Source: Eledone cirrhosa | Taxonomy: Eukaryota | Assembly (NCBI GenBank): GCA_964016885.1 | Contig: OZ024740.1 | Coordinates: 286,936,001-287,000,000, forward strand | Length of the DNA stretch: 64,000 nucleotides | Direction: 5' to 3' | In this document: one piece after another, positions 13,656-26,312 of the stretch | Position numbering within the stretch: the first letter of the stretch is position 1 | Layout of the letters: each line of letters opens with the position of its first letter | Program-made: the position numbers and the translations under genes | The notes under the pieces: model-generated | The model's input: only the letters and a program-made list of their open reading frames with translations | Told to the model about the DNA's origin: nothing | The model's database searches: none

Positions 13656-14429
13656 TTTACACAATGTTCTCTGCAAATATTTTGCAATTTTGTGTGATGA
13701 TAAGCTCATTCTGGAGTTTTAAGTAGTTTTCCTAAAGTTCCAGTCAAGTACTGAATCAATTGATATTCCTAAAATGCATACTGGATGTGACAATAAAAGG
13801 GCAAAGATAAAAAAATTTAATCGCTTTTATGTAAATTGCGAAAATTTTGATGTAAGGGAAGTAACTCTTAATACCTCTGGAATTGTGTCATTTTAGTGAT
13901 AGAATAATTCTTATTATCCCCACTTGAGACAGTTTCAATTAAAACACGCACACGCATCATCGTTTTTACGTCCGCTTTAGCCCGTTCGCATGGGTTGAAT
14001 ATATATATATATATATATATATTACAATATACATATACATACAAGCAAATGAACAATAGCAATAAAAATGAGTCTGAAGACGTTTCCTCAATCACAGGGA
14101 TTGCTGGTGTTGCCCTCTAAATATTGTTTAAGCAAACCAAATCCCATGCCATTACCACAGCTGATGGCGAAGGTTGAGTGTTGGAACAACTAAACACACT
14201 CAGAAGAATCACTTCAACAAGGCAAGCCATCAGTGGTAATAAAACTTTGTTGTCAATTGTCCTGCTTCTCCGTGCATCTTACATGCCACAGGCTGAAAAA
14301 TGTATTTTACTGAGAAATTATATTTCATTAATTTATTCCTTTCAATTAATGATGCAGTAAAGTCATCTCTTTTGTTTGTATTGACTTTTGAACGATTACT
14401 GTGGATACTGTTACTGTTGAGGGTGATTC

Positions 14430-14770
14430 CATTTGAACTGTAATGGTGCCAGTTGATATGGTTGGTACCATTCTAAAAGAATCTGAAGCAGTGGCAGGAG
14501 TAAAGATTAACCCAGACAAATCAGTGTCTTCCATCTCAATATCTGGAGAGGCCATGCCATTAACACCCCACGATGCTGGATTGGTGGGCCAGTTAAGTTG
14601 CTTGGGGATTGGTTCACATCCAAGTAAGTAGAAAATGAGACAAGGTTATATGAAGGGTGACCAGTCTCACTCAGAAATGGGCAGAGAAGAAGCAGTCCCT
14701 AGAAGGTCAGAAAGATGTGGGGAACATATACATTGTTGCTGTTATATACTACTGCTTGAATTCAGGTTTG
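14430..14770 (+). mobile_element. L1/Tx1-like LINE RT fragment
   Basis: GTILKESEAVAGVKINPDKS and ..KVTSLTQKWAE...SLEG resemble Tx1/L1 RT-thumb motifs. Confidence 0.45.
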
Positions 14771-14773
14771 CTC

Positions 14774-14998
14774 TGTGGGGCTGCCGTGAGATAGAGGGGG
14801 GTTGCCGAAAGTTGGGGGACGCCTGACTGGAAGCAGGAGGACAGGGGCGACTCGAGGGATCAGGCCGTGAACAGGCCTCTCTTAGCTACAGGTCCTGCAA
14901 GGTGGTGGACGTGTGAAGACAGACGCGAGTGGAAAGTACCCCACTTGGACGGTGGAACCAGCGATAGAGAGAGGTAAGTCTGAATGCCTCCGGCTACA
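14774..14998 (+). repeat. 5' LTR
   Basis: TGTGGGGCTGCCGTGAGATA...GGCTACA, direct repeat of 18693-18950. Confidence 0.9.
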
Positions 14999-15134
14999 AG
15001 CTATATCGGCGTTTAATGAATTTTCCCATCTTTCGGCATTCTTACTCCCGGCACGGCAGCCTTTTAGTTTACCTTTTTTTTTGTTCTTTTTCGTGGGGTA
15101 TTGTTGTTGACTTTTTTCCGATGTCGCAGGGGAG

Positions 15135-15905
15135 ATGGCGGCGAAACTGAGATTGAATAGCGAGACGATCAAGGCTTTTAATGGCGAAGGAGATGTGGCC
15201 TGGTTGAGAAAGGTCACATTGGTCGCCTCGCTGCAAGGCATTGACAACGTTACTGGTTTGATCGCTCTATATCTCGACGGGGATGCCCTAGCACTGTTCC
15301 TCGAGATGGACGAGATAGACCAACTGAACGCGGAGAGGATAGGGCAGCGACTTAAGGAAGCGTTCATCGAGGGGCCGTACGCTGCTTTTGCCAAGCTAGG
15401 CTGAGCGAGATGGAAGGGAGAGCACGTGGATGTGTTCGCGACAGAGTTACGGCGGTTGGCTACGTTGGCCGGATTCGCGGTAGAACGCGAATGTGCCGTC
15501 CGGTTGGCTTTTATGAACGGGTTCCCCGACGAAATCTCCGTGATGCTCCAACAGCTTCCCGGCAACAGGGAGATGAGCATGAGCGAGCTCATCGCACAGG
15601 CCCGCGTAATAACACAGGACACGAGGTGGAGTGTTGCAGCGTTGGCAGTGACAGAAGCCCATGGCAGTCGAGAGCGACTGACGTATTACGAAAGGAGACG
15701 AGCCGGTGTGAATAGTCGTCCTCGTGCATTCGGAGGCCGGTGCTCCAGGTGGCAGGGCCCGCACATAGCAAGGGACTGCAGAGAGCCGAAGCCAGCCATA
15801 GTCTGCTATCGCTGCAAGCGACCAGGCCACACTGCTAATAATTGCGACCAGGGAAATGGTCTAAGGGAGACTACTGCGCCGGGAGCCACCCCTGGAAGCG
15901 ATTAG
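15135..15905 (+). pseudogene. Gypsy gag with one in-frame TGA (15402-15404)
   Basis: ORFs 15135-15404 and 15426-15905 are in the same frame; knuckle CYRCKRPGHTANNC plus a degenerate CSRWQGPHIARDC. Confidence 0.85.
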
Positions 15906-18560
15906 AGGCGTCTTTGCAGCCGCTGCCCGTAGTGGAAGTTCTGGTGTGTGTGTGGGAGGGGGGCATCATGAGCTGTTGTAGACACGGGTTGCACGACAAC
16001 ACTAGTGACCATGGAGGTGGTTAAAAAGAGGAGCGGGATGAGCAGTATAAGGGCAGTCGACGCCAGGGAGATTAGATGCAGAGGTACCAGCGAGGTGTCG
16101 ATGGTGGTGCGGGGAAGAAAAATTAGGCTTCGGGCGATCGTGATTGACCAGGTGATGGACGGAATCGATGTAGTAATGGGCATGGACACGATTGTCTGCC
16201 TTGGAGGTGTTACAGTGACTGAAGTCGGGGTGACGTTTGGTAGCGAGAGGACATCATGTGCAGTGAGCGTGCTGGGAGAATCCACGAAGAAAATACCATA
16301 CAGGACAAGGATTTCAGGGCGGTGTTCGATGGGCAGCGGTGGGTAGTTGAGTGGTACTGGAAGGGAGAGCCACCAACGCTGAAGAACAGAGTGGGCTGCT
16401 ATCAGCATACCCTGAAAGGAAATGCCAGAAGCGAGTTTGAGGGAGAGGTACAGAGATGGATCGAGGAGCATATACTGCTTCCTTGGGCGGAGGAGGTGAA
16501 GTGTGGAGTGTTGCCGCTGATGGCAATGGTGCAGCCCACGAAGAACAAGGTTAGGCCGGTGCTGGACTTTCGTGAGCTGAACGAACACGTGTCATGCCAC
16601 ACAAGTGGTGAGGTCAGGGAAACTTTGCGAGAGTGGAGACGAATGACGGGGGCCTCCACAATTGTCGCCTTAAAATCGGCATATCTGCAGTTACACGTGG
16701 GTGAGAAGCTGTGGAAATATCAGCTGGTCAGGTATAAGGGCCAGACATACTGCCTGACCAGGCTTGGCTTCTGGTTGAATTCTGCACCAAAAATCATGGC
16801 GACAGTCCTCAAGGCCATTCTGGGGAAAGCAGACAAGGTGAAGAGGGCCACCAACTTCTACATCGACGACATCTTGGTGGACGAGTCGCTAGTGTCAGCA
16901 GCAGAAGTCTCAGGCCACTTGGGAAGATTTGGGCTGACCGCGAAACTGCCAGAGGCGATGGAAGGAGGAGTCGCGCTAGGACTGTTTCGGAGGGGTAATG
17001 AAGTCCCGGAACTGGGCCCCGATATGAATAGACAGGAACTCTTCTCAATGTGTGGTAAATTGGTGGGCCACTATCCGATCACAGGGTGGTTCCGGATGGC
17101 ATGCAGCTATGTCAAGAGACAAGCAAACGGAGTGAGCTGGGCTGACAGGGTTGGAGAGAGGACAGTAGCCATGATGCAGGAAATCGGGGAGAGGGTAAAG
17201 GCGAATGACCCAGTGAAAGGACGCTGGTACGTCCCCAAATCGGAGAGCGTGACCGTATGGTGTGATGCCAGCAGCATAGCGCTAGGGGTCACTCTGGAGA
17301 TAGGGGGCGTCGAGGTCGAGGATGCAGCCTGGCTCAGGAAGAAGGAGGACTACAGCCACATCAACGTGGCCGAACTGGATGCTGTGCTGAGAGGGGTGAA
17401 TCTCGTCCTGAGAGGGGGGCTGCACACTATAGAAATTCGCACTGACTCGGCCACTGTACTCGGATGGGTGAGATCAGTGCTTACAGTGAGAGGAGGGTGC
17501 GAACGAGAGGGGCAGCAGAAATGTTGATAAAGCGCCGCCTGGGAACTCTGGGAGAGCTGTCCACTGAGTTCGGCCTGGAGTTGAGTGTGGTTTTTGTGCC
17601 CTCAGAGAAAAGCAGAGCAGACGTATTAACCAGGGTGAAAAAAGCCTGGCTGGAAACGCCAGGGGACGCAGAGAAGGGGATAGCGGCAGTGTGTCAGCTG
17701 AGAGATTCGGAGTTGAGGGGATTGCACACCATGTGCCACATGGGAGTGGATAGGACCCTGTTCCTAGCCAGAAGAATCGACTCTGATGTTAGCAGACAGA
17801 GTGTCCAGAGAGTGGTCGGAGGTTGCGACAGATGCCAGTCTATCGACCCTGCCCCGGGTGTGCACGAGACAGGAAGCATCCCGGTAGAGCACAACTGGAA
17901 GCGATTAGCGGTGGACATGACACACTACCGACATGGAACGTATCTTTCGATGGTCGATTGTGGGCCGGGGCGGATGGCGATATGGAGGGAAATGAAGACA
18001 GGGACTGTGGAGGAAATTGTGCAGACGCCGAGAGAAATATTCTTAGAGTGGCGCCCTGTAGAGGAACTGCTGATGGACAACAGAACGCCGTTTCGCTCGG
18101 AGGCGCTGAGGGAAATGCTTGACAAGTGGGAGGTGAACCGCTTCTTCAGAGCAGCATACGGGCCGAATGGAAATGGGATCATGGAGAGACACCATTGCAT
18201 GATCAAGGCCATCGCGGAAAGGGGGCACATTTCGCCAATGAAGGCAGTGTCTTGGTACAACATGTCTCCTCGGGTGGGACAGGCCGAGGAGTCGGTGCCG
18301 CACAGGGCAATATATAGATATGAATGGCGACACCTGTGCACGGTACCACAGCAGCCGGTGGAGAGAGAGAGAGAGAGAGTGCATTCGTACGAGTGGGCGA
18401 AGAGGTATGGGTCAAGCCCCTGAACGCGCATTGCACATCTCAATGGGGGAAAGGGAATGGTAACTGCCGTAAATTCCGAAAAACAACGTGTCTGTGGACA
18501 GAATGCCACGTCATGTCTTGGACGTCTGTAGAGTCGTTGTGGTGACGGACTCCGAGGAAG
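15850..18560 (+). pseudogene. Gypsy pol (PR-RT-RH-IN), frameshifted
   Basis: AVVDTGCTTT near 15975; RPVLDFRELN, YIDD and WCDAS in 16256-17527; HTMCHMG..CDRC, LAVD, LMDN and NGIME in 17464-18423. Confidence 0.9.
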
Positions 18561-18692
18561 AGGAAAATGAAAGTGCCGCCCCAACAGTGCGGAGATCGCA
18601 ATGGAGCCGCCATCAACCTAGGCGGATGGCGGATTTTGAGAGGGAGCAGTGTGATATGGGGCATTGATCCTTGAGATCAAGGGGGGGGGGCG

Positions 18693-18950
18693 TATGGGGC
18701 TGCCGTGAGATAGGGGGGGGGGGGGGTAGAGCTGCCATGGGAGGGGAATTGCTGGAAGTTGGGGGACGCCTGATCGGAAGCAGGAGGATGGGGACGACTT
18801 GAGGGATCAAGCCGGGATCATCCCTCTCTTAGCTACAGGCCCTGCAAGGTGATGGACGTGTGAAGACAGACACGAGTGGAAAGTACCCCACGTGGATGGT
18901 GGAACCAGCGATAGAGAGACACAAGGTATGTCCGAATGTCTCTGGCTACA
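18693..18950 (+). repeat. 3' LTR (preceded by polypurine tract ~18679-18690)
   Basis: TATGGGGCTGCCGTGAGATA...GGCTACA; AA(G)10 tract just upstream. Confidence 0.9.
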
Positions 18951-18959
18951 GTTTTTTAT

Positions 18960-19680
18960 GGTGGAAACAGTTCAGGGAGTTCTGCTGGTAACAAAAGATT
19001 TCTCCCTCAGATTGAAGGGCAAATTGTATGATACTTGTGTACAGAGTGTGATGCCAAATGGTAGTGACACGAGGGCCCCGAAAGTGAAGAATTAGTGATG
19101 TGATGGCTAAAATAACTGAGAAAAAAACTGTACTAGAACAAGCATGGGATACATATAGAGACAGTCAGTTGAGCATTCAAATTGGATGAAAGCTATGGAA
19201 GAGAGAAAAGCTAGGAAGACATGGGACTGAACCATACAAAGATGATAAAAGTCAGCAATGATGGTGACGCATGTTACTGGAGAAGAACTACCCACCCATA
19301 CAAGCATAGCAAAATGGACCTTAATGGTGGGGGTAATGTACCACAGCATGTACCATAGCATGATGTAATGAAAAATGCCATTGGATATGTCTGTATTGAT
19401 ACTCCTATCACCATCTATCTCTCACTACACTGCCTATATAACAAGATACGACAACAGACTCTTTAATCTTGCTGGGTGTCATGTTAAATTGCATCCTGTA
19501 CACACTGTAAAGTGGTTAGTGGTTATTTGCTTCCAAATAAGATCATGCCAAAAAGGGAACATACAAGTGAGATGTAATCCAGGAGGGCAGCAACACTAAA
19601 TATTGACTCGGATAGTAATGACCTGTCCAAACCATGTTAGCATGGAATGCAAATATAAAATGATAATGTTGATGATGATG
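18960..19680 (+). mobile_element. Old RTE-type LINE 3' fragment
   Basis: FSLRLKGKLYDTCVQSVMPNGSDT and a (GAT)n tail. Confidence 0.65.
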
Positions 19681-20574
19681 TACATATTAATATATATATA
19701 TATATATATTATCTATATCTTTCTGTTCCCTCTTTCCCTCATTCTCTTCTTTCTTTATTTCTCCTCCTCTCCTTCATAATTAAGTATGACTTGGTTGCAG
19801 AAAAGGGTTGTATTTTTACTTTTTTAAATTGTTTTTCTTCTCAAATCTAATGAAGTAACTTCATCAACAATGCTTCACTATTTCATAAGGCCCTGGTACA
19901 ACAATGTCAACAAGCATTACAGTATGTTGTTGGCAGAGCCAGTGTAATGGATCTTGTTCAGTATTGTGAACATTGGGGATGTGCATTAATCCATTGGCTG
20001 GCAATGGCGGACTTCTGAATGACACGCTGTTCAAACTAACTTTAGTTTTATACCTTGGTTACCAGTAACTGATTAATTAATCAATCTTCCCCTCCTTTCA
20101 TTTTTTTAATATACTTGGTCACCAGTAACTTATTTTCTTTTGACTTTGCAGTGATATGGTGGACTGCTACGTCAGTTGGAGATAAACCACACCAAATTTA
20201 GTCCTCAATGCAAATGTCCATATATATACACATGAAATAGCTTTGACAGCCCCTTTATCATCCAATAATGTATTTTTGTGAAGCTTGGCCATTATAATTA
20301 AAGATAACTACCTTTGTTATATTCTTCCTATTTCACTTTATTAATCTATTTAAAGTAAACTGAGCACATAATCTTTATAAATTTTTGTAAACTTTATAAT
20401 CTTTGAAAATTTTTTTAATCTTATAATTCTCATTATTCTTGCAACGTTATAAACTTTATAATTTTTAAAATATCTTTTTATATCTATTTATAACTCTTAT
20501 TGTTCTATTCTTGTTATTAATTCTTTTTTTATTATTCTATAAAATTTACATAGCTCTGTTCCTCTCATAGCAAT

Positions 20575-20758
20575 TTAACCCTTTAGCATTTAAACTGACC
20601 ATATCCAGCCAGAATTCTCTCACCTCTTTCTGTTCAAACCGACAGTAACCAGCCACTCATACAATGTTAAGGTATTGTTCTCAAAATAAATATTATCAAA
20701 ATCTCATAGATTCGATATTATTACTAAATATATAGTAATGTAAATACTAAAGGGTTAA
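20575..20758. mobile_element. piggyBac-type MITE
   Basis: TTAA|CCCTTTAGCATTTA ... TAAATACTAAAGGG|TTAA. Confidence 0.85.
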
Positions 20759-21026
20759 ACCTTTAACTACCTACCGTCATGCTAGGCTGGTTTTTGACCA
20801 ATGTCCAATAGCACAGTTTAATATCCTATCACCCCTGTGGCAGAGAATCCTTGGCTGCAATTAATGAATGGCATTTTCTAAAGACAGCAATATTCTTGTC
20901 ACCACTTAGTAACCCCCACCTCCTCCACCACACCTATCAGCCTACAATACTAGCATTAATTAATAGTGTGACAGTCATGGCTATAACACCGAATTGGCAG
21001 GCTGTCTCCCAAATCAAATTGGTCCT

Positions 21027-21115
21027 CTATTTTCTATTTTCTATTTTTCTATTTTTCTATTTTTCTATTTTTCTATTTTTCTATTTTTCTATTTTTCTAT
21101 TTTCTAATTTCTATT
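21027..21115. repeat. (TTTTCTA[T])n 8-9 bp tandem repeat
   Basis: Directly visible. Confidence 0.9.
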
Positions 21116-21444
21116 CTCTGTTTGTGCTTAATGTAATCTTGTTGTCTAATTCTGCAAATAACACTTGATGAAATTGTCAGATGATAAGACTGGGCCATTG
21201 AAATATGTATAGTGCTTTCATGGAATTAAAATTCGAAAGTAAATTTACCAGTACAGCCTTCTGTTGTTGTTTTAATGACTACTTAACTCCGTTCCTGCAC
21301 CAGACACTGAATACCACTCCTTAGATGGATGATTTGTATAACGTTGAATGCTTTAATTAATTTATTGCATCATCATTTACCAACAGGAACCACCAGTTCT
21401 ACCCATTGGTGAACAATCTAGCATAAATGGAATACATATATATA

Positions 21445-21995
21445 TTCTTCTTCTTCTTCTTCACCCACTTATTCCTGAGAGGGTCATGGAGCAGAGTCCT
21501 CAAAGACTCCTCCCAGTGGGTCTATCGGAAACAACTATCTTCAACTGATCTAGCTGGATCCTCAAGTGAGACAAACCAAGCTCATGGATTTCATCCAACC
21601 ATCTTGCTAGGGGTCTACTCCTGGGTCCCCTGCCAGCTGGTTTTTGCCGTTCTGGTTGTCCCTGAGCTTCTTCTCCAGAGGGGATTACTAATGTAGGCGG
21701 GAAGCCGCTAGAATTGGTTGGGGACTTCCTGTATTTGGGAGCAAAGATTGGGAATACGGAAGATAGTTGAGAGGAAGAGCAAAGCCTGGGTGGTGTGCCA
21801 CAGCTTGAGATCGGTGTGGAAGTCAGACCTTTGTAAAGACCTGAAAATCCGCCTCTTCATTGCTGTAGTGGAGTCTGTGCTGCTGTGCGGGTCTGAGACT
21901 TGGACACTGACCAAGAAACTCACTCAGCAATTCTTTTCTGAGATATTCTAACCCCATAGCCATAGTATCGGAGCTGTGATCTTTCAGCTCTGATA
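21445..21995 (-). mobile_element. RTE LINE 3' fragment (same family as 3150-3740) carrying a foreign 282-bp insert
   Basis: Colinear with ~3200-3450 except 21646-21927; (GAA)n tail. Confidence 0.8.
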
Positions 21996-21998
21996 CTG

Positions 21999-22031
<33 letters not shown>

Positions 22032-22079
22032 ATGTATATATATGTGTGTGTATATATATAAATATATATATATATAAAT

Positions 22080-22780
22080 TAGTTCCACAACATATTAGCA
22101 AACCATCTTCGAGGACATGTGTTTCACCCAATGGATTTTCAACTAGAGTGAGGTTGTGCTGAAAAACAGAAGTTTATATGAGCTGACCGGTCATGTGCAA
22201 GACCATCATCAAGGAGGACAACTCAAGTTAGACTGATGAAAGGGAGGTGGGTGAGTTCATTCTGGATAAAATTAGTCTAGGTTCTTGTAGTTATGTAATA
22301 AGTACTTGGAGGTGTGTGGACATCGATTAAAAAATTCAGATCTTGTATTTAGACAAGTACTATTACTTAATCTCTGCAAGATATTTATTTGTTCATCAAC
22401 GCACAACCCAAAAGACAAATTCCCATTTCCATATGACCTAGATTTGGTCAGAACTTTCTATTGAATGGAGTAACCCATGTCTGTATCCTTGAATGACCAT
22501 ATCTGGCTTGCCAGCTTCGTGGACAATCACTTATCTGAGTGTCTAAAAGTCATCTCATAATTAAGGAAGCATTGTTTAACCCAGCCCTCTGCCATACCCA
22601 CATATGTTTTGACATCCTTCCTGTTGTTGGTTTGATTGAGTACATGTAACTTCAGCTTCATAGACTGTTGCAGGTGTGTTACATAATTATTGAAGGGAGC
22701 ATGTTTCTGGTCTTCTGCAAGAGCATCCAGGTGGGTTTGAGCTCTTGGGGTTGGTGATAATGTGGGCTTTCATAGTTTTA
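22080..22780 (+). mobile_element. Very degenerate Penelope-like (RT/GIY-YIG) remnant
   Basis: Only faint motifs (...ASFVGQS..YL..C.K.H near 22510-22560). Confidence 0.3.
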
Positions 22781-23083
22781 GCACAGGTATATATATATAT
22801 ATATAATATAAAGGACCAAAAACAGTTAATTATATATCATTTAAAATTATATATAATCAACTGTTTTGGTCCTTCATATTATTATAATATTTTTACTCTA
22901 TGAGTTATATATTGTTACTTAAATATTTTCAAACATGGATTTCATACAACTCAAACCTGAATTATATTTAGCCTATCTGAATGGTTTATAGTGATAAATC
23001 TCACATTCAAGCTGTAATCCTATCTTCACCTATTTTTATGTGTTTTCTTGTACGAAAACAATTTTTTTTGAACTTATATATAT

Positions 23084-24404
23084 ATTCTCTACCAGATATT
23101 TTGTTTTAGTCTCATTCATTCTCAGCCCCACACTCATTGACACAGTCTCAACCTCCTGCATCAAATCCTCTGCCTCCTTCACTGTATTTGTCACCAAAAC
23201 TATGTCGTCGGTAAATTCAGCATCCGATATCTTTTTCACCTTAACTCTCTTGCTCTGAGCCAGTGCTACAGTAAAGCCAGAGTCCTGGTGTTTCTCCAGT
23301 GCAAGGCGCATACAATAGTCCACTACAATGATAAAAAAGTAGGGAGCCAATGTATCTCCCTGGAGCACTCCAGCCAGTATCTCAAAGAACTCTGTCATCC
23401 CATCAGGTGTAATGACTTGGGCTTTGGTGTTGGTGTAGAGCAGTGATATCAGGTCCACTATCTTCTTGGGGATTCCATAAGCCTGTAAGATCTTCATCAG
23501 GCTGTGATGGTCCACAGAATCAAAGGCCTTTAACCATGACCGCAGGAAGGCACTTTACTCCAGCTCCCTCTAATATCTTCCTCAGCATCAGGATGTGACT
23601 GGTGGTTGATCTTCCCTCTCTGAAGCCGTTCTGGTTGTCCCTGAGCTTCTTCTCCAGAGGGGATTACTAATGTAGGCGGGAAGCCGCTAGAATTGGTTGA
23701 GGACTTCCTATATTTGGGAGCAAAGATTGGGAATACGGAAGATAGTTGAGAGGAAGAGCAAAGCCTGGGTGGTGTGCCACAGCTTGAGATCGGTGTGGAA
23801 GTCAGACCTTTGTAAAGACCTGAAAATCCGCCTCTTCATTGCTGTAGTGGAGTCTGTGCTGCTGTGCGGGTCTGAGACTTGGACACTGACCAAGAAACTC
23901 ACTCAGATGGTGGATGGGTGGTACACAAGAATGCTGAGGATGGCTCTGAACATTAATCAGTATACACTGAGGATGAAAAACTCAGAGCTGTATGGGAGCC
24001 TCCCAAAAGTCAGCTCAAAAGTGACACAGAGGAGACTGAGGTTAGCTGGACATGCTCACTGACATCCAGAGTTGACATTGCACTCAGTGCTCCTGTGGGA
24101 GCCTCTACATGGACACACTGGAAGAGGAAGACCAAGGTTAATGTATGTTGATGCCCTAAGGACAGACACTTGTCTGTTGGAGACGCAGAACATGGCAGCA
24201 ATAATGAGGGACAGCAATTATTGGTGCTATGTCCTGCATCTCCAACAGACCAGTGTCTGTCCTTAGGGCATCAACATACGTTAACCTTGGTCTTCCTCTT
24301 CCAGCGTGTCCATGTAGAGGCTCCCACAGGAGCACTGAGTGCAATGTCAACTCTGGATGTTAGTGAGCATGTCCAGCTAACCTCAGTCTCCTCTGTGTCA
24401 CTTT
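23084..24404 (+). mobile_element. RTE/RTEX-like LINE with 5' inversion and 3' foldback
   Basis: 23084-23655 (-) GVLQGDTLAPY, FTDD, KTKYLVEN; ~23652-24215 (+) RT C-terminus; 24217-24404 inverted copy. Near-identical to 42017-43331. Confidence 0.9.
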
Positions 24405-24437
24405 ATATATATATATATATACATACATATATATATA

Positions 24438-24565
<128 letters not shown>

Positions 24566-25972
24566 ATTATACACACATAATGTAATATAAATGATTAAGA
24601 TTTCCTATGATAAACTTAAACTTAATACATTTACACACCGATATAGATACATACACACACACACACTCATATATATACCTATATAGCTAACTAGCTTGGT
24701 AAATATGTGTGTGTATATGTGTTACACATACTCTCAGTTGCCTTAACCTGAATGTAAATACAACTAGAATTAAACTAAAACCAATCACGAACCTAAGTAA
24801 ACGTAAACCATACACCTACAACTGACCCCAAATACCAGATCCAACCACTTAAGAAAGAGTTAAATCACATACGTTTTTCTAATTATGCCTCCACCTTTGG
24901 GTAAACAAGTCAGTGATCTGCACCAATTATTGGTATGGGCAAGATGGATGTCATCAAGCTGCAACTGTTGTATTACTTAGTTTCTATGTAATAAAATATA
25001 AACTGTGACATTTACATTAGTTTTATGTTTAGATATAATTTTATGTTTAGATAAAACATAAATAGAAAGCATTGTAATTAAATGTTTATGTATATTTTTC
25101 ATCTCCACACCCACTGCACATATTCTGTTCATTGTATAATTCAAGTTTTCACTGTACAAAGTGTAAAACTGAAGACATTGTTCTACTTTCAGAAAAGTGT
25201 AGATGTAATGATTGTATGGAAAAAGTATACACACATGAACAACTTAGGATATAAAATTTCTATTATTTGCTTATGTATTTATATTTTTCCATATAATATT
25301 TATATTTTTAGAAGAACACTTTGTGTAAATGGAAATGTGTATTCAACATTTTGATTGATAGACTTAATTTGTCACCCAGTTTAACCCCCCTACTTGGACT
25401 TTGGGTATGTTTATTAGAATATATTCTGTTGCAAGCCTTAGGCCTTCAAGACTCCAGACTGTGGATAACTCTATAATTTGATAAAGTACTCTCAACTGTA
25501 AAAGGCTTACAATCATGAGGTTGTGAGTTCAATGCTCGGACCAGGCAATGTGTTGTATCCTTAAGCAAGACACTTTATTTCATGTTGCTCCAGTTTACTC
25601 ATCTATAGAAATGAGTTGCAATGTCACTGGTGCCAAGCTGTATTGTCCTCTGCATTTTCCTTGGACAACATTGGTGTTGGTGGTGTGGAAGGAGAGATTG
25701 GTATTCTTGGGTGACTTCTGGTCTTCCACAAACAACCTTACTTAGACTTTCTAACTGCAAATCCTTTGGTCATATGTGACCATAGTGGTCTTTTTTTTCT
25801 ACTCACAAATGTAGAAACAGTAGTAATTTCTTCCTCCCTTTCCCTCTTAAGGCTTCGCTAAAATTCATTGCTGTTGCTCGGCTGAATTTGACTAAACCCT
25901 AAAAAAAAATTCCTATTTAAACCCTCAAAAACTTTAATTTAAAACTGTAGGATTTCAAATTTACTTAATGAT

Positions 25973-26312
25973 GGAGGCACATGGCTTAGTGGTTAGAGCA
26001 TTGGCCTTGCAATCGAAAGATTGTGAGTTCAATTCTTAGACCGGATGATGTGTTGTTTCCTTGAGCAAGACACTTTATTTCACATTGCTCCAGTTTACTC
26101 AGCTGTAGAAATGAGATGATAGGGACTGGGGTCCCTATCATTCCACTGCAAAGTGGTCGTGGAGGTGCCACGGCAAAAAAGCACCCAGCACTCACTGTAA
26201 ATGAGGTTGGTGTTAGGAAGGACATCCAGCTGTAGAAATCAAGCCAGAATCAGTTCCTGTCCCACCCTTGCAAGCAGGGAAAAGCGGACGTAAAATGATG
26301 ATGATGATGATG
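25973..26312 (+). mobile_element. tRNA-derived SINE family A, full-length
   Basis: A-box TGGCTTAGTGG, B-box GAGTTCAATTC, LINE-like tail and (GAT)n. Confidence 0.9.

Larger units (their letters stand above)
14774..18950 (+). mobile_element. Ty3/Gypsy LTR retrotransposon, full-length but degenerate (~4.2 kb)
   Basis: Two LTRs, G-rich PPT before the 3' LTR, gag with CCHC knuckle, and pol order PR(DTG)-RT(YIDD)-RNaseH(DAS, AELDAV, TDS)-IN(HHCC, D..D..E); stops and frameshifts present. Confidence 0.95.

Noticed and set aside
19860-20035. ~57-codon - strand open frame as a terminal exon
   Set aside because: Weak acceptor and no recognisable homology
25973-26045. tRNA gene
   Set aside because: tRNA-like head of a SINE that continues into the SINE body and occurs in multiple copies
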